Part shown: piece by piece, positions 1-10,094 of the stretch
Layout: each line of letters starts with the position of its first letter
Numbering within the stretch: the first letter of the stretch is position 1
NCBI GenBank assembly: GCA_003707115.1
Contig: PPNB01000017.1
Span: 62,001 to 126,000, forward strand
DNA length: 64,000 nt
Source of the DNA: Tortispora ganteri
Lineage: Eukaryota
Reading direction: 5' to 3'
The notes under the pieces: generated by a model
What the model saw: the letters and a program-made list of their open reading frames with translations, nothing else
The model's database searches: none
Told to the model about the DNA's origin: nothing
Made by a program: the position numbers and the translations under genes

Positions 1-84
1 TGATCCCAAAACTTTCAGTCTCACTGACCTACCGATTTATTTATTTAGTTTAATTTTTTGGTTAATTTGAAATAGTTTCAAGAT

Positions 85-327
85 ATGTGTCTTTCATCGG
101 ATTACATATCAGTGAGTCAACCGGCGGCTCCGACAACGTTCCAGCATAACCAGCGTCCGACGTGGTCTGGGATTCACACTGTTCAATCAAATACTTCAAG
201 CAACGATGTCGTAATGCAAGATGCAGTTGAATCGAAAAAGAGAGGTCAAATTGACTACAATGATACAGTCGATCCTTGGAAAGGTCCTCGATCTATAAAA
301 AAGACTAAACTAAGGTGGGCATCATAA
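85..327 (+). CDS. Small hypothetical protein (80 aa), likely disordered, basic C-terminus
   Basis: ATG-initiated ORF after an AT-rich upstream region, overlapping no other gene. Contains DVVMQD and two basic clusters (KKR...KKTKLR). No family recognised. Confidence 0.45.
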   Translation: MCLSSDYISVSQPAAPTTFQHNQRPTWSGIHTVQSNTSSNDVVMQDAVESKKRGQIDYNDTVDPWKGPRSIKKTKLRWAS

Positions 328-521
328 AAGGGGGTTTCCCTGTTTTCTATTTTAGTGCTTTGTGTGGACATCCTCGAGACAATCATTTTTCCCATGAGTA
401 GGAGAACGACCCTTTAAAAAATACGGCACTGAATATTTACAATGGATATATTGCTCTGGTCTAATTGCGGTTTGTATTTATATTTGTATCTAAATTTGTT
501 TTTATTTTTATTTTTATTTCG

Positions 522-1256
522 TTATTCAAGTAAGAACTTAGTAATTCCTTTCATAAGCACTTTTCCGTCGTTGCGCACCAGCTCGAGTTGCTTCCGGTTG
601 GTTTCATCGTAGAACTCCTTAGTAAAAATGCCCGATTGTAGTCTGGACTCAAGCAATTCCCTAATAATGAAAAGATTGAATTCAGGATGTCCTTGCAGTG
701 TAAGTACACGATTTTCAATATAAAATCCCTGGTTCTGGCAAATACTGGTCGTACCAATAAGCTCAGCTCCATCAGGCGTAGTTGCAACGCAGTCTCGGTG
801 CATCTCCTCAATCTGTAACTTGCCTCCCTCAAGGTCCGGAAACAACTTCTTACCGACATCTGTCAAATCTACAGCAGTCATACCAACTTCCCATCCCTTA
901 TCGCTTCGACCAACAGTAGCTCCAAGTGCTCGTCCAGCAATCTGATGCCCAAAGCAAATACCTATTATCTTCTTCTTATGATCATAACAGCTCTTAGTAA
1001 ATGCCACTAGTTTCAAGATCCATTCATCATTGTCAAAAGCATTGTGGCGTGAACCACTTATCAGAATTCCATCTATGTCTTCTATATCAGGATACTTCAT
1101 TTCCTCCACTACGTCGTATTTGCTCATTATCAATCGCGATTCCTTATCAGCCTCTTCAAGCAGTCTGACAAACATGTCGCCATAACGCCCTTCAACTTCA
1201 AGAACTGATGCCACCGGTATATCCGCTTCCAGTACGGCTAGTCTAAAACCCGACAT
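522..1256 (-). CDS. Class I glutamine amidotransferase-like protein (YLR126C-like)
   Basis: Catalytic triad motifs GICFGHQ and QGHPE, plus ILISGS. First ATG is at 1256 (MSGFRLAVLEAD); the ORF track starts at a non-ATG codon. Confidence 0.9.
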   Translation of the reverse strand: MSGFRLAVLEADIPVASVLEVEGRYGDMFVRLLEEADKESRLIMSKYDVVEEMKYPDIEDIDGILISGSRHNAFDNDEWILKLVAFTKSCYDHKKKIIGICFGHQIAGRALGATVGRSDKGWEVGMTAVDLTDVGKKLFPDLEGGKLQIEEMHRDCVATTPDGAELIGTTSICQNQGFYIENRVLTLQGHPEFNLFIIRELLESRLQSGIFTKEFYDETNRKQLELVRNDGKVLMKGITKFLLE

Positions 1257-1463
1257 TATCTTAGCGTGGACCACTCTCAGTCGAAGTCTTTGCCAGAAAA
1301 ATCCGTTAATCAACTCAAATATAATTTCACACCGCGTTTGGCGCCGCTTGCCGACCTTAAAGTCTGGCGTGTTATAGATTTACTGATACAACTTTAATTG
1401 CCGTGCAATTTTCGAAACTGTTCAACACTGCTACAAGTCGTATATTAATATAATACATCCTCT

Positions 1464-2057
1464 CTATTTCACAATAGAATCTTTCAGCTCAACTATCTCT
1501 TCTTTATCTCCAGCTTCATAAACTCTGTAAGGTAAAGCGTCGTTAGTTAACTATTCGTTCCCTAAGTTTTGTAATCATTACTTACCTCAACACTCCAGCC
1601 TTCGATCGAACGAGCTCAACTGCACCGGCATACAACATCCTCTTGTCTTGAGAACTCGTAGCTGGCATATAGTATACCATGACAAATGGGCTGGACAATC
1701 GTCCATCCGGTAACACCACCGGATATGACATTATAACGTATCTAGGACTGTTATCGGGCAGAGCATCCGCAAGATCTTCTAATGATGTATATGTCTCATC
1801 ATCGCTTCTCTGCAAAGAATAATCACTATCAAGTCCATCTAAATTCACAGTTAGAAATCTATATTTGGGTTACATGGTCCATAACTCCGATAATTAACAA
1901 CTTACATATCCGGGCTTGCATACTGTTGCTCCTAGCTGACGAGAAGCGAAACTTAGTTAAATCTGACCCAACATCGTCTCCAATCTTATATAATCCAGAT
2001 GACTAGCTTGTTAATACTATTTATCATTCTTTCCTCATCTAACAGCTACTTTACCAT
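1464..2057 (-). CDS. AIM7: Glia maturation factor (ADF/cofilin-fold Arp2/3 regulator), 4 exons, 137 aa
   Basis: Exons 2057-2055 (ATG), 2002-1906, 1838-1586, 1524-1464 are joined by GT-AG introns and total 414 nt in frame. Product MSSGLYKIGDDVGSDLTKFRFSSARS...LPDNSPRYVIMSYP...DGRLSSPFVMVYYMP...RMLYAGA has GMF-typical motifs. Confidence 0.9.
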
Positions 2058-2253
2058 TGTTTCCTTTTATCGTAGAATAATAGTATCAATTTGCTCGAGC
2101 TTCAAACACCCAATTTGTTACCATAACAACGTACCCCGTAAATTTACATCAGCTTTTGTTTTGTTTATATTCACTGCTTTATTGGGTTAACAGATATAAC
2201 CTAAACACACCTTTCTTTCATTCAACTATTCAGCACCAATTACTAGTTGTATT

Positions 2254-4122
2254 ATGGTCATTCTAACTCGCGCTGCGGCTAAAAAAGCTCGAGAGTCTCT
2301 TCAAATTGAAGAAACCTCTTCACCCGATAGTTTAGTCAGTGTTCTATCCAAAGGTAGAAAAACTAAGAAAAGCGCCAAATCTGTGTCCTTTGATCTAACT
2401 AAACATGATGAAAAACCTGCGCAATCATCTATTGCTTCAAGTACTGCGAAAAAAGGCACTCGTCAAATTAGACAAACTGAATTGAAAGAAGATTCGGAAA
2501 CTGAATCGATACCTGCTGAAGCATTGAAACCAAAACTCAAGAGTACCAAGGCACCTTTGAAACGCTCATCGCGCAAAGCTCCAGCTAAAAAGGTCATTCA
2601 CGATGAGGACTTAGCTGTTCAGGCCACTTTAGTCCCTAAGGATATACCAAAACCCGCTGCTAAGGGTCGCTCCCGCGCTAAGAGTGCTTCTCCTGTTAAG
2701 TCCTCTAATTACACCCCTAGACGTACTACTAGGAACTCTTCTCCAACTAAGAGCACTCTCATAGATGAAGTACCTGTTATTGATCCGTCGGAATCTGAGG
2801 TTTCATTTGAGACTAAATCTTTGGCTGGTGAGCAATCCAATACCGACGATAAAAATCTCGCAAAACCCTCCTCACCAATAAAAGGGGCTTACGCTAATCC
2901 TATTACCAATGGAAAATCGGTCACAACAAACTGCTCTTCTATAAGACCATTGACAAACGCAAGTATTGGTTTAGAGAAGAATCTCCCCTCAGTTTGGAGG
3001 CCTAATAGTTCCATGGATTGTCTAATTGGTCCCCCTGATACAGAGTATAAACAGGCTCCTTCCCAAGTTTTTATTTCTCAAGCAGGTTCCAACTGCTCAC
3101 CTTCCCATAATAATGATCGCACTACACCACAATTATCTCCAAATAGGCCGTCAATGTCTTCCTATAGATCTCCTTATCAAAATGTGGCATCGGCAGTGAA
3201 CCCACCTATCATTTCGCCAATTCGCAACCACGGACTGAAACCTTTGTCATCTGCTGAAGATCGCCGATTGTCAATGCTGCAACGTCAAACCATGCTAAAG
3301 AGGCAGAATTCTAATAGTGATCTCTCCATAGTAAAGCAGCATGCCGATAAAAAGAGAAGAACTGAGACCACTGACCCCGGACCTATACGTGTATCTAAGG
3401 GCCATAGTCGGAGTTTGACAAAACCCAAGCCGTTTACTTTTCAAACCGAAGCACTCGCAGAAAAAAGAGCACAGGCTTCTCAACCTCCGTCTGTACCTGC
3501 ACATACTAGGACCCCATCTGCAACTCTAACGCGACCAAAAGCACGTTCTTACATTCGTCCAAAGCCAAGACTAGCTTCGCGGTCAAATATTAGAAGCCCA
3601 TGTAACCACAAGTCTCAAAATAGCTCAGTTTCTGATGAGGCTCCATCAACATCTATAAAACGAGCTTTAGAAGAATTAAGAAGCGTTTGTGCTGTGACTG
3701 ATCTGAACTCAGATTCTGCAGATATGAGAAACCCTGAACAACCTTCTCAAACTACTGAGATTATCCGACTAGAAAAAGAGAATGTACAATCGTCTTCACC
3801 TGTTCTACTCAAACAGGACCGAGATATCCCGCCCTCTACCAGCTCAGCCGTGCTAATACAACAGAGAATATCAACTCAATGGCAAGCCAACAAATCCTTG
3901 CAAAATTCACCAGAAAAACTGTACAGCAGAGTATCAGTTTCTCCAACGCGGGTCGCTTTGGCAAAAAGTGTATCGTCATCACCAATAAAGAGTGCTCGTA
4001 ACGACCAGGGATTTGGTTTTGGGCGTTCATCAATGATTTCCAATTTGCGTATGAATTCTGAGGCTGCAGGTTTAGCTGCCGTAGCGAAATGGGCTGCAAC
4101 ACACAATATGAATGATTCCTAA
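2254..4122 (+). CDS. Ser/Pro/Lys-rich disordered protein with a TPX2-like motif (candidate microtubule-associated protein)
   Basis: 622-aa ORF with many SP/TP sites, the motif LTKPKPFTFQTEALAEKR and a C-terminal helix ending AAVAKWA. Confidence 0.65.
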   Translation: MVILTRAAAKKARESLQIEETSSPDSLVSVLSKGRKTKKSAKSVSFDLTKHDEKPAQSSIASSTAKKGTRQIRQTELKEDSETESIPAEALKPKLKSTKAPLKRSSRKAPAKKVIHDEDLAVQATLVPKDIPKPAAKGRSRAKSASPVKSSNYTPRRTTRNSSPTKSTLIDEVPVIDPSESEVSFETKSLAGEQSNTDDKNLAKPSSPIKGAYANPITNGKSVTTNCSSIRPLTNASIGLEKNLPSVWRPNSSMDCLIGPPDTEYKQAPSQVFISQAGSNCSPSHNNDRTTPQLSPNRPSMSSYRSPYQNVASAVNPPIISPIRNHGLKPLSSAEDRRLSMLQRQTMLKRQNSNSDLSIVKQHADKKRRTETTDPGPIRVSKGHSRSLTKPKPFTFQTEALAEKRAQASQPPSVPAHTRTPSATLTRPKARSYIRPKPRLASRSNIRSPCNHKSQNSSVSDEAPSTSIKRALEELRSVCAVTDLNSDSADMRNPEQPSQTTEIIRLEKENVQSSSPVLLKQDRDIPPSTSSAVLIQQRISTQWQANKSLQNSPEKLYSRVSVSPTRVALAKSVSSSPIKSARNDQGFGFGRSSMISNLRMNSEAAGLAAVAKWAATHNMNDS

Positions 4123-4233
4123 GCCTTATATGCAACTGTTGCAACATGTTATCCTTTGCTTTGTGTATTACTATTATGAGAATAATAAATGGTATTTGAA
4201 AACAAAAGCATACTATTCAAAGTAAGAGATGCC

Positions 4234-6798
4234 CTAAACTGAGCGTTTAGATAAAGAAATAATAAGATGTTTGATTTCTTCAACCGACGATTCAAGCCCT
4301 GCAATCCGATCAAGTATATCTGGGTCATACAAAGAATGTTCATAACCATCATCTTCGTCTTCACCATCAGATCCAGAAAACTGACTTGTATTGTCTGATA
4401 TATAATTAGAATCTAATTCTGTCTCAGATCTTTCAAATGAAGATAGACTACTTTGGTCATCATTTTCAATTGAGAATCCAACTTTCAAATGCTTTTTCTT
4501 TTTAGGAAATGAATTCGTTTGACTCCCAGACGATCTCCTTCTTCCAGTGGGGTTATCATCTAAGTTATTCGCACCATCTATCATATGATTCGATACACCC
4601 GAAGCAGCTGATAAATTGGAGTTTGCGGTGCCTCTTCTTGGTCTTATTGTGTATCTTCTGCTTCCTTTCGACGTAGAAACTTTACCACTCTCGCTCAGGG
4701 GTTTAGTGGAAGTTATTGTATTGTCGGTAGCAGCTACAAACGAAGGAGAATTGACATCCAATACAAGTTCATTAGACCCAGAGTCAACGGGTGCTAGTTC
4801 ATCATCACCAACACTTTCTGGAAACATTTTCCTGGTAGTGGAACCATAAAGATCTGATTGTGTTCTATGCATTGAAGCCTTAGGTTTCGACTTTTTGGGT
4901 TCTCTGAGAGGTTTTCGAAAAACACGCTCCAATAAGGCATCCTGATCAGCTTTCACTCTACCAGGAGCAAATATGCTTCGCATTGTCTGGTTTGCATCTG
5001 ATGGAGAAAACTTAGAGTGACTTCTGCCTCTTGAAGAAGTTGACCTAACGTTAGTGCGCGACCGTGATCTTGGTTGATCTTTCATTTTATGCAATGCCAC
5101 CCGTGAATTTGATCTGCTCAAGTTCATTGTTTCTTCTAGATCTCCGGAAAGATCTTTATAGGTATGATCCCCTGATGAATGTTGAGACCTCCTGTAATGA
5201 AACCATTCATAAGTAAAGATGCACAAAAGAATAGGAAGATGCGTAACCTTAACAATGGTTCGGTTTAAAATAATGTACTTCCGTGTTGACATTAAAAAGT
5301 AAAAAGGGTATAATGTGTACTGTATGATGTTAAACGGAGATGCGTATAGGAAAGGAGCAGACGAGTTAGACTTGATCATTGTCATAGTATTGACAGCCCG
5401 CAAGAAACAATATTCTTCATGGGCGTTGTCCTTAATAGTTGCAAAGCTATTTGTGAGAACTGTCACCAGGATTGTAACAATAAGAAAATGGCTTATAAAC
5501 AGGTAAACCAAGAGTATGCTTTTGCCTAGGTTAGAGTACTCGTTCCAGCTGTCCCATACGACAGGAGTGTATCCGAAGAATATTTGCATTAATTGGTAGG
5601 CAACTTCACGTGCTGTAAATGTTTCTCGCGCAAATGCAGAGGCAATGCAAATCCAAAACCCGGAAAAGAAAACTAATATTAGGACAAGCGAGCTCCCGAG
5701 GTCCGACATCATCCTGTGGAAAGATATCAGCATATCAGTGATGCTTGGGAATCTGTCAAGAGCGCTGAGAAATCTGGGAACAATAAATATAGCAACTGTT
5801 GCTAATATATCGTACGCATATCCATTCAGCTGGTGAGCGATGTGGGCGTCGAGGGGTATGCAGAGATAGAAGAAGCGAAGAATTGCATAAGCAAGGAGGA
5901 GGAACACAGTAGCGGAGTCGAATAGATTCCATAGAGATAGTATGTAAAGATCAAATCCAGTATTTCCAAAGCCGGTAATTTCATCGAGAAAGAAGCCCAA
6001 AGAGACTATCCAAAATGCAATTTCGAGGTACGTTACCTTTGGTGATCGGTTTGACAGAACTTTGATGAATATAAAGAATAACAAGAAAGTAGAAAAGGTG
6101 CTAATCCATTGTCTGTATAGTGGTACCCTGAGTCTTGAGAGCTTAAATATGCTTGCGTTTTCGTAGTTATAACGGACAGTCGAGTCTCTGGCAGAAAAAG
6201 CAAGAGAAGCGATGAGCTCAGGGTCTGAAGCTGCGATTCTATGAAAGTTATCAATTGATGAAGACATCACAAGTGAACCTGACCATAACTCTTCAACGAG
6301 ATGAATGATCATAGGATGAGATAAAAATGCTTTCGCTTGTGCTTTGATAGCGAGTTCGAATCCAGATAAACGTTCCCATTTAGGGACAGCAGAAATCGCG
6401 TCTCCACGTTGCAGTGGATAAAAGCTGTAAGTCAACGCTTGAATGAGATCGTCAACTTCATAGTCTTTTAGCAGTTTCATGGCCATAATTTCACAAATGC
6501 GAGATCGTGTTGTCATAATACCTGAAACCGCTGCATTACTTGTAGACTCCTTATTGTATTGAATCATATTCAGGAATAACGCGTAAAGACTCACTGCGTT
6601 AAGATCGCGACGGCATTTTTCAACGAGGGGTCTTATCAAAAAGGTTTGGATTTGCGGTGTACGCAATTGAGTGTAGGGAATGCTAGAGTCTATCCTTTCA
6701 TTAATCCATTCGCGATATGCCAGGGTTATGTCTGCCACCGGGATTAAGTCCAAGGCAGATTGACGAACCAGGGGCAACAAAGGCGTTTCCATACTCAT
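4234..6798 (-). CDS. Yvc1-related TRP-like cation channel with long C-terminal tail
   Basis: Multiple hydrophobic TM segments, LSRLRVPLYRQ upstream of the TM block, ILVTVLTNSF at the S6 end and a terminal coiled coil. First ATG is at 6798. Confidence 0.85.
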   Translation of the reverse strand: MSMETPLLPLVRQSALDLIPVADITLAYREWINERIDSSIPYTQLRTPQIQTFLIRPLVEKCRRDLNAVSLYALFLNMIQYNKESTSNAAVSGIMTTRSRICEIMAMKLLKDYEVDDLIQALTYSFYPLQRGDAISAVPKWERLSGFELAIKAQAKAFLSHPMIIHLVEELWSGSLVMSSSIDNFHRIAASDPELIASLAFSARDSTVRYNYENASIFKLSRLRVPLYRQWISTFSTFLLFFIFIKVLSNRSPKVTYLEIAFWIVSLGFFLDEITGFGNTGFDLYILSLWNLFDSATVFLLLAYAILRFFYLCIPLDAHIAHQLNGYAYDILATVAIFIVPRFLSALDRFPSITDMLISFHRMMSDLGSSLVLILVFFSGFWICIASAFARETFTAREVAYQLMQIFFGYTPVVWDSWNEYSNLGKSILLVYLFISHFLIVTILVTVLTNSFATIKDNAHEEYCFLRAVNTMTMIKSNSSAPFLYASPFNIIQYTLYPFYFLMSTRKYIILNRTIVKVTHLPILLCIFTYEWFHYRRSQHSSGDHTYKDLSGDLEETMNLSRSNSRVALHKMKDQPRSRSRTNVRSTSSRGRSHSKFSPSDANQTMRSIFAPGRVKADQDALLERVFRKPLREPKKSKPKASMHRTQSDLYGSTTRKMFPESVGDDELAPVDSGSNELVLDVNSPSFVAATDNTITSTKPLSESGKVSTSKGSRRYTIRPRRGTANSNLSAASGVSNHMIDGANNLDDNPTGRRRSSGSQTNSFPKKKKHLKVGFSIENDDQSSLSSFERSETELDSNYISDNTSQFSGSDGEDEDDGYEHSLYDPDILDRIAGLESSVEEIKHLIISLSKRSV

Positions 6799-7277
6799 AA
6801 TGCCTAACACTAATATTAGTATGTATATAGAACCAGATCAATCAGGACCCTACACGTTTGCGAACGCAAAATGTCTTATTTAGAGGGTGGTGCTGGAATT
6901 ATAAGAGAAGAGAAGCACGGATCAGTTCAGGGACAGGGGAATAACTGGACAGTGACGTATAGTCCAATTTGCGCACAGCAATATCAATAATTCTAAGAAG
7001 TTAATAATCTAAGAGCAGTACCCAGATAATCTATGCAAAAAGGCTTAAATCTCAAGCTACAACTGTGCCCCCTAGTGAACCGGCTGATAAGTTAAGAGCT
7101 CATGCAGGTACGAACATGTCGAAACAGATCATGATATTAGAGTTTTGATAACAGCCAATCAGAACTCAACATGGTATGCGGTGTATATAGTTCATTCTAG
7201 GTTTTTAAAGCTTCTACACCTCCTTTTTTAGCGCCAGCTGTTATTGCCATTCTTGCCATTATAAGCCTCTTGTGGTT

Positions 7278-9224
7278 ATGAGCATTAAAGAAAGGGCTCC
7301 TATTAAGGGAAACGATGATCCTAGATATATAGTAGTAATTGACGCAGGATCTTCTGGATCCCGTGTACAAATATATCAATGGGATCCTCATGGTAAAGCA
7401 CATCAATTGCCTGTCATCACTCAAGGTGACAAACATTGGCACAAGAAAATTCATCCTGGCATCTCTTCTTACAGTGATGACCCGAAAGGTGCATGGACAG
7501 ACCATGTAAAGTCACTCATTAGTCATGCTGAATCCATTGTCCCTAAAGCGCAGCAGCCGCACACTCCTGTATACCTTCTTGCAACCGCCGGCATGAGACT
7601 TGTAGAACCAGTCAAAAGACAAGCTATATTGGACGAGGTCTGCAAGGGTTTGCAATCGAAGGGAAATTTCCTTATTAATAACTGTACCTCTCAGGTCCAG
7701 GTAATTTCCGGAGAAGTCGAAGGAATGTACGGATGGCTTGCGCTTAACTATCTGGCAGGCAGCTTCGACAATGCCAATATGCACAAACAGAGTCGTACTC
7801 ATCATACCTACGGCTTTTTAGACATGGGAGGTGCTTCAGCTCAGATTGCGTTTGTTCCCTCGAAGAAGCAGGCATACAAACATCCTGAGGATCTTAATCT
7901 GCTGCGGCTGAGATTCCAAGATGGTGACACTGAAGAATTCCAACTGTTTGTATCCACTTGGCTCGGTTACGGAGCCAATGAAGCCAAACGTCGATATGAT
8001 TTTAGAGTACTGGAGAATAACCCCAGAGATAAGTATGGCGATATTCTTGACGACTGTCTCCCTTATAAGGCGGAGACTAGCATCACTGTAAGCAGCGAAG
8101 ATCTCCCAGCGGACTTCAACAAGACACAATTAAATTTTGCTGGATCTGATGAAACCGTATTTGATTTCAAAGTGAAGGGTACTGGTAATGTTCTTGCATG
8201 CCAGGAATCTTTAGAACCGCTATTAAAGAAAGAAATGGCATGCATCGATGATCCGTGCTTATTTGGCGGAGTTCATGTACCGGCGTTTGATTTCGATATA
8301 AATCATTTTATTGGTGTGAGCGAATACTGGCATACTTCACAGGACGTGTTTTCAATGGGTGGAAGTTACAATTTTCAAGAGTATCTGAGCAACGTTCAAG
8401 TATTCTGCTCCCGTCCATGGGACGAGATCCTCGCAGATTACGACAGCGGGAAATATGGAAATAACATGAGTACAGATCAACTGAGAAATGTTTGTTTTAA
8501 AGCGTCGTGGATTATGACTATGTTGCATGAAGGTTTTGGTATTCCTAAACTATCCGATTCCCCTGCAGGCCAGGACCACGACTCGGACTCGGACTCGGAC
8601 TCAGATGATGATGATGACAGGAAAAATGGTAACATGAAACTGAAGGAAAGAAAGAAATCAGGGAAACACAAAAGCAAAGGCAAGAAGAAAAAGAAAAAGA
8701 AAGTTGAGCCGAAATTCCCCTTGAAACATGCATTTAATTCAGCTGACAAAATTAATGGAACAGAAGTATCCTGGACTTTGGGAACTGCATTGATGTACTC
8801 ATCAAGTGAAATAGAATATTCTAATCGACTTGAGCCCGTGGGCTATGGTCCTTTGTTAGGTACAGGCAAAGATTTCACAGTTTTTTCGGGTAAGAATGAG
8901 TTGCCTCCCGACAAACATTACTATAACCCTGTATTTGGAGAACTTGTTTCCAACATTAATGAACGCCTACCTTTTGGACTAATGTTCCTGGGAGTCATTG
9001 GAATCATTGCTACATATCTACTCTTGGGTAGTCAGCGACGAGCACTTTTGGCTAGAAAGGTTCAGAAGAAGATAGAAATTGCATTTCCTAAATTTAAAAC
9101 TAAACGCAAAGCATCTTACTCTAGGGTGAATGCATACGATACCGAACGTCAGCTGAACCCGGACCTTTCAGATCGAGATTCCGAAGATCTTGATTTTGAA
9201 TTAGACGAACTGACGAGGAGATAG
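7278..9224 (+). CDS. YND1: Golgi apyrase (GDA1/CD39 family)
   Basis: Apyrase conserved regions IDAGSSGSR, ATAGMR, EGMYGW, DMGGASAQ and SWTLG; single C-terminal TM segment and cytosolic tail. ATG at 7278. Confidence 0.93.
   Translation: MSIKERAPIKGNDDPRYIVVIDAGSSGSRVQIYQWDPHGKAHQLPVITQGDKHWHKKIHPGISSYSDDPKGAWTDHVKSLISHAESIVPKAQQPHTPVYLLATAGMRLVEPVKRQAILDEVCKGLQSKGNFLINNCTSQVQVISGEVEGMYGWLALNYLAGSFDNANMHKQSRTHHTYGFLDMGGASAQIAFVPSKKQAYKHPEDLNLLRLRFQDGDTEEFQLFVSTWLGYGANEAKRRYDFRVLENNPRDKYGDILDDCLPYKAETSITVSSEDLPADFNKTQLNFAGSDETVFDFKVKGTGNVLACQESLEPLLKKEMACIDDPCLFGGVHVPAFDFDINHFIGVSEYWHTSQDVFSMGGSYNFQEYLSNVQVFCSRPWDEILADYDSGKYGNNMSTDQLRNVCFKASWIMTMLHEGFGIPKLSDSPAGQDHDSDSDSDSDDDDDRKNGNMKLKERKKSGKHKSKGKKKKKKKVEPKFPLKHAFNSADKINGTEVSWTLGTALMYSSSEIEYSNRLEPVGYGPLLGTGKDFTVFSGKNELPPDKHYYNPVFGELVSNINERLPFGLMFLGVIGIIATYLLLGSQRRALLARKVQKKIEIAFPKFKTKRKASYSRVNAYDTERQLNPDLSDRDSEDLDFELDELTRR
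8580..8603 (+). repeat. Coding hexanucleotide microsatellite (GACTCG)3 GACTCA encoding DSDSDSDS
   Basis: Read directly from the sequence, inside YND1. Confidence 0.85.
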
Positions 9225-9447
9225 GTCTCATGTATGTTGAGTAAAAAGTTGTATATTTATTATGTTTTTGCTATTATTACGCCTAAATCTTTATTATAGG
9301 AGGTAGATATAATACTATGTCTAATACACACGAAGATATATTGTTTGCTCATAATTCATAACAAAACGATCGAAGGACTAAGGGCATAGGATGTGATCGT
9401 TGAGTCAGATAGATCTTGGTCTGATCGATCTGGGCTTGAAGAGTACA

Positions 9448-9858
9448 TTATCGCTGAATCTTGTTGTCCTTCATAGCATCTTCATATGTAGGAGGAAAAG
9501 AGCCATCTGGGTTTCCACTCTCAATCTGGGGAGCTGAGCTAGAAGAAGGGCCTGCAGCAGCACCATAGGATCTTGGTGGATCTTGTGCGACGGGTTGGTG
9601 AGTTCGAGGAGCGTCATTAGATTGCACGCGCTGGTATTGGCCACCTTCGCTTTCTATAGCGAAGAAGACAACATCCTCTGGATACCTCGATATGATGTAC
9701 CAAGAGTGGATAAGACCAGGAATATAACCTAGCATGCATAAACATATGTTGATAAGACTATCGGCACTGCAAATTCCTCGCTTGATCCACACGGGCAAAG
9801 GTGGAAACAAAAGCGCAATAAGTACTAGGAAAATATCACCTGAAATTGGGCAACACAT
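9448..9858 (-). CDS. Pmp3/Sna-family small membrane protein (Sna4-like)
   Basis: IALLFPPLPVW...INICLCMLGYIPGLIHSWYII is the Pmp3 signature. Also has an N-terminal Cys pair (MCC) and a C-terminal PPTY (PY motif). Confidence 0.9.
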   Translation of the reverse strand: MCCPISGDIFLVLIALLFPPLPVWIKRGICSADSLINICLCMLGYIPGLIHSWYIISRYPEDVVFFAIESEGGQYQRVQSNDAPRTHQPVAQDPPRSYGAAAGPSSSSAPQIESGNPDGSFPPTYEDAMKDNKIQR

Positions 9859-10094
9859 ATCGAAATATATAATAAAGCACTAATAGAAATGATTTATCGT
9901 TTTCTAGTATCAAATAGGTAATAGATTGAAAAGTGAAGTCGAAGGTTGATTATCTTATATAGGCTGCGCCACGTAAGCCGAACGGATGTTCCCGTGGCAG
10001 TTGAGTAATAGAAAGAAAAAATTTATGTCCGGTATATCCGAATATTCAACACCCCGGATTTTTCGTCTTTAAGCTTCTGTTACACAAACCTTAC

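Noticed and set aside
7201..7281. Hydrophobic reading frame VFKASTPPFLAPAVIAILAIISLLWL* whose TGA overlaps the YND1 ATG (possible uORF or frameshifted signal anchor)
   Set aside because: It has no ATG of its own. The candidate introns are 27 nt long or lack a branch site, Ynd1 normally has no N-terminal anchor, and T-rich leaders give hydrophobic translations by chance.
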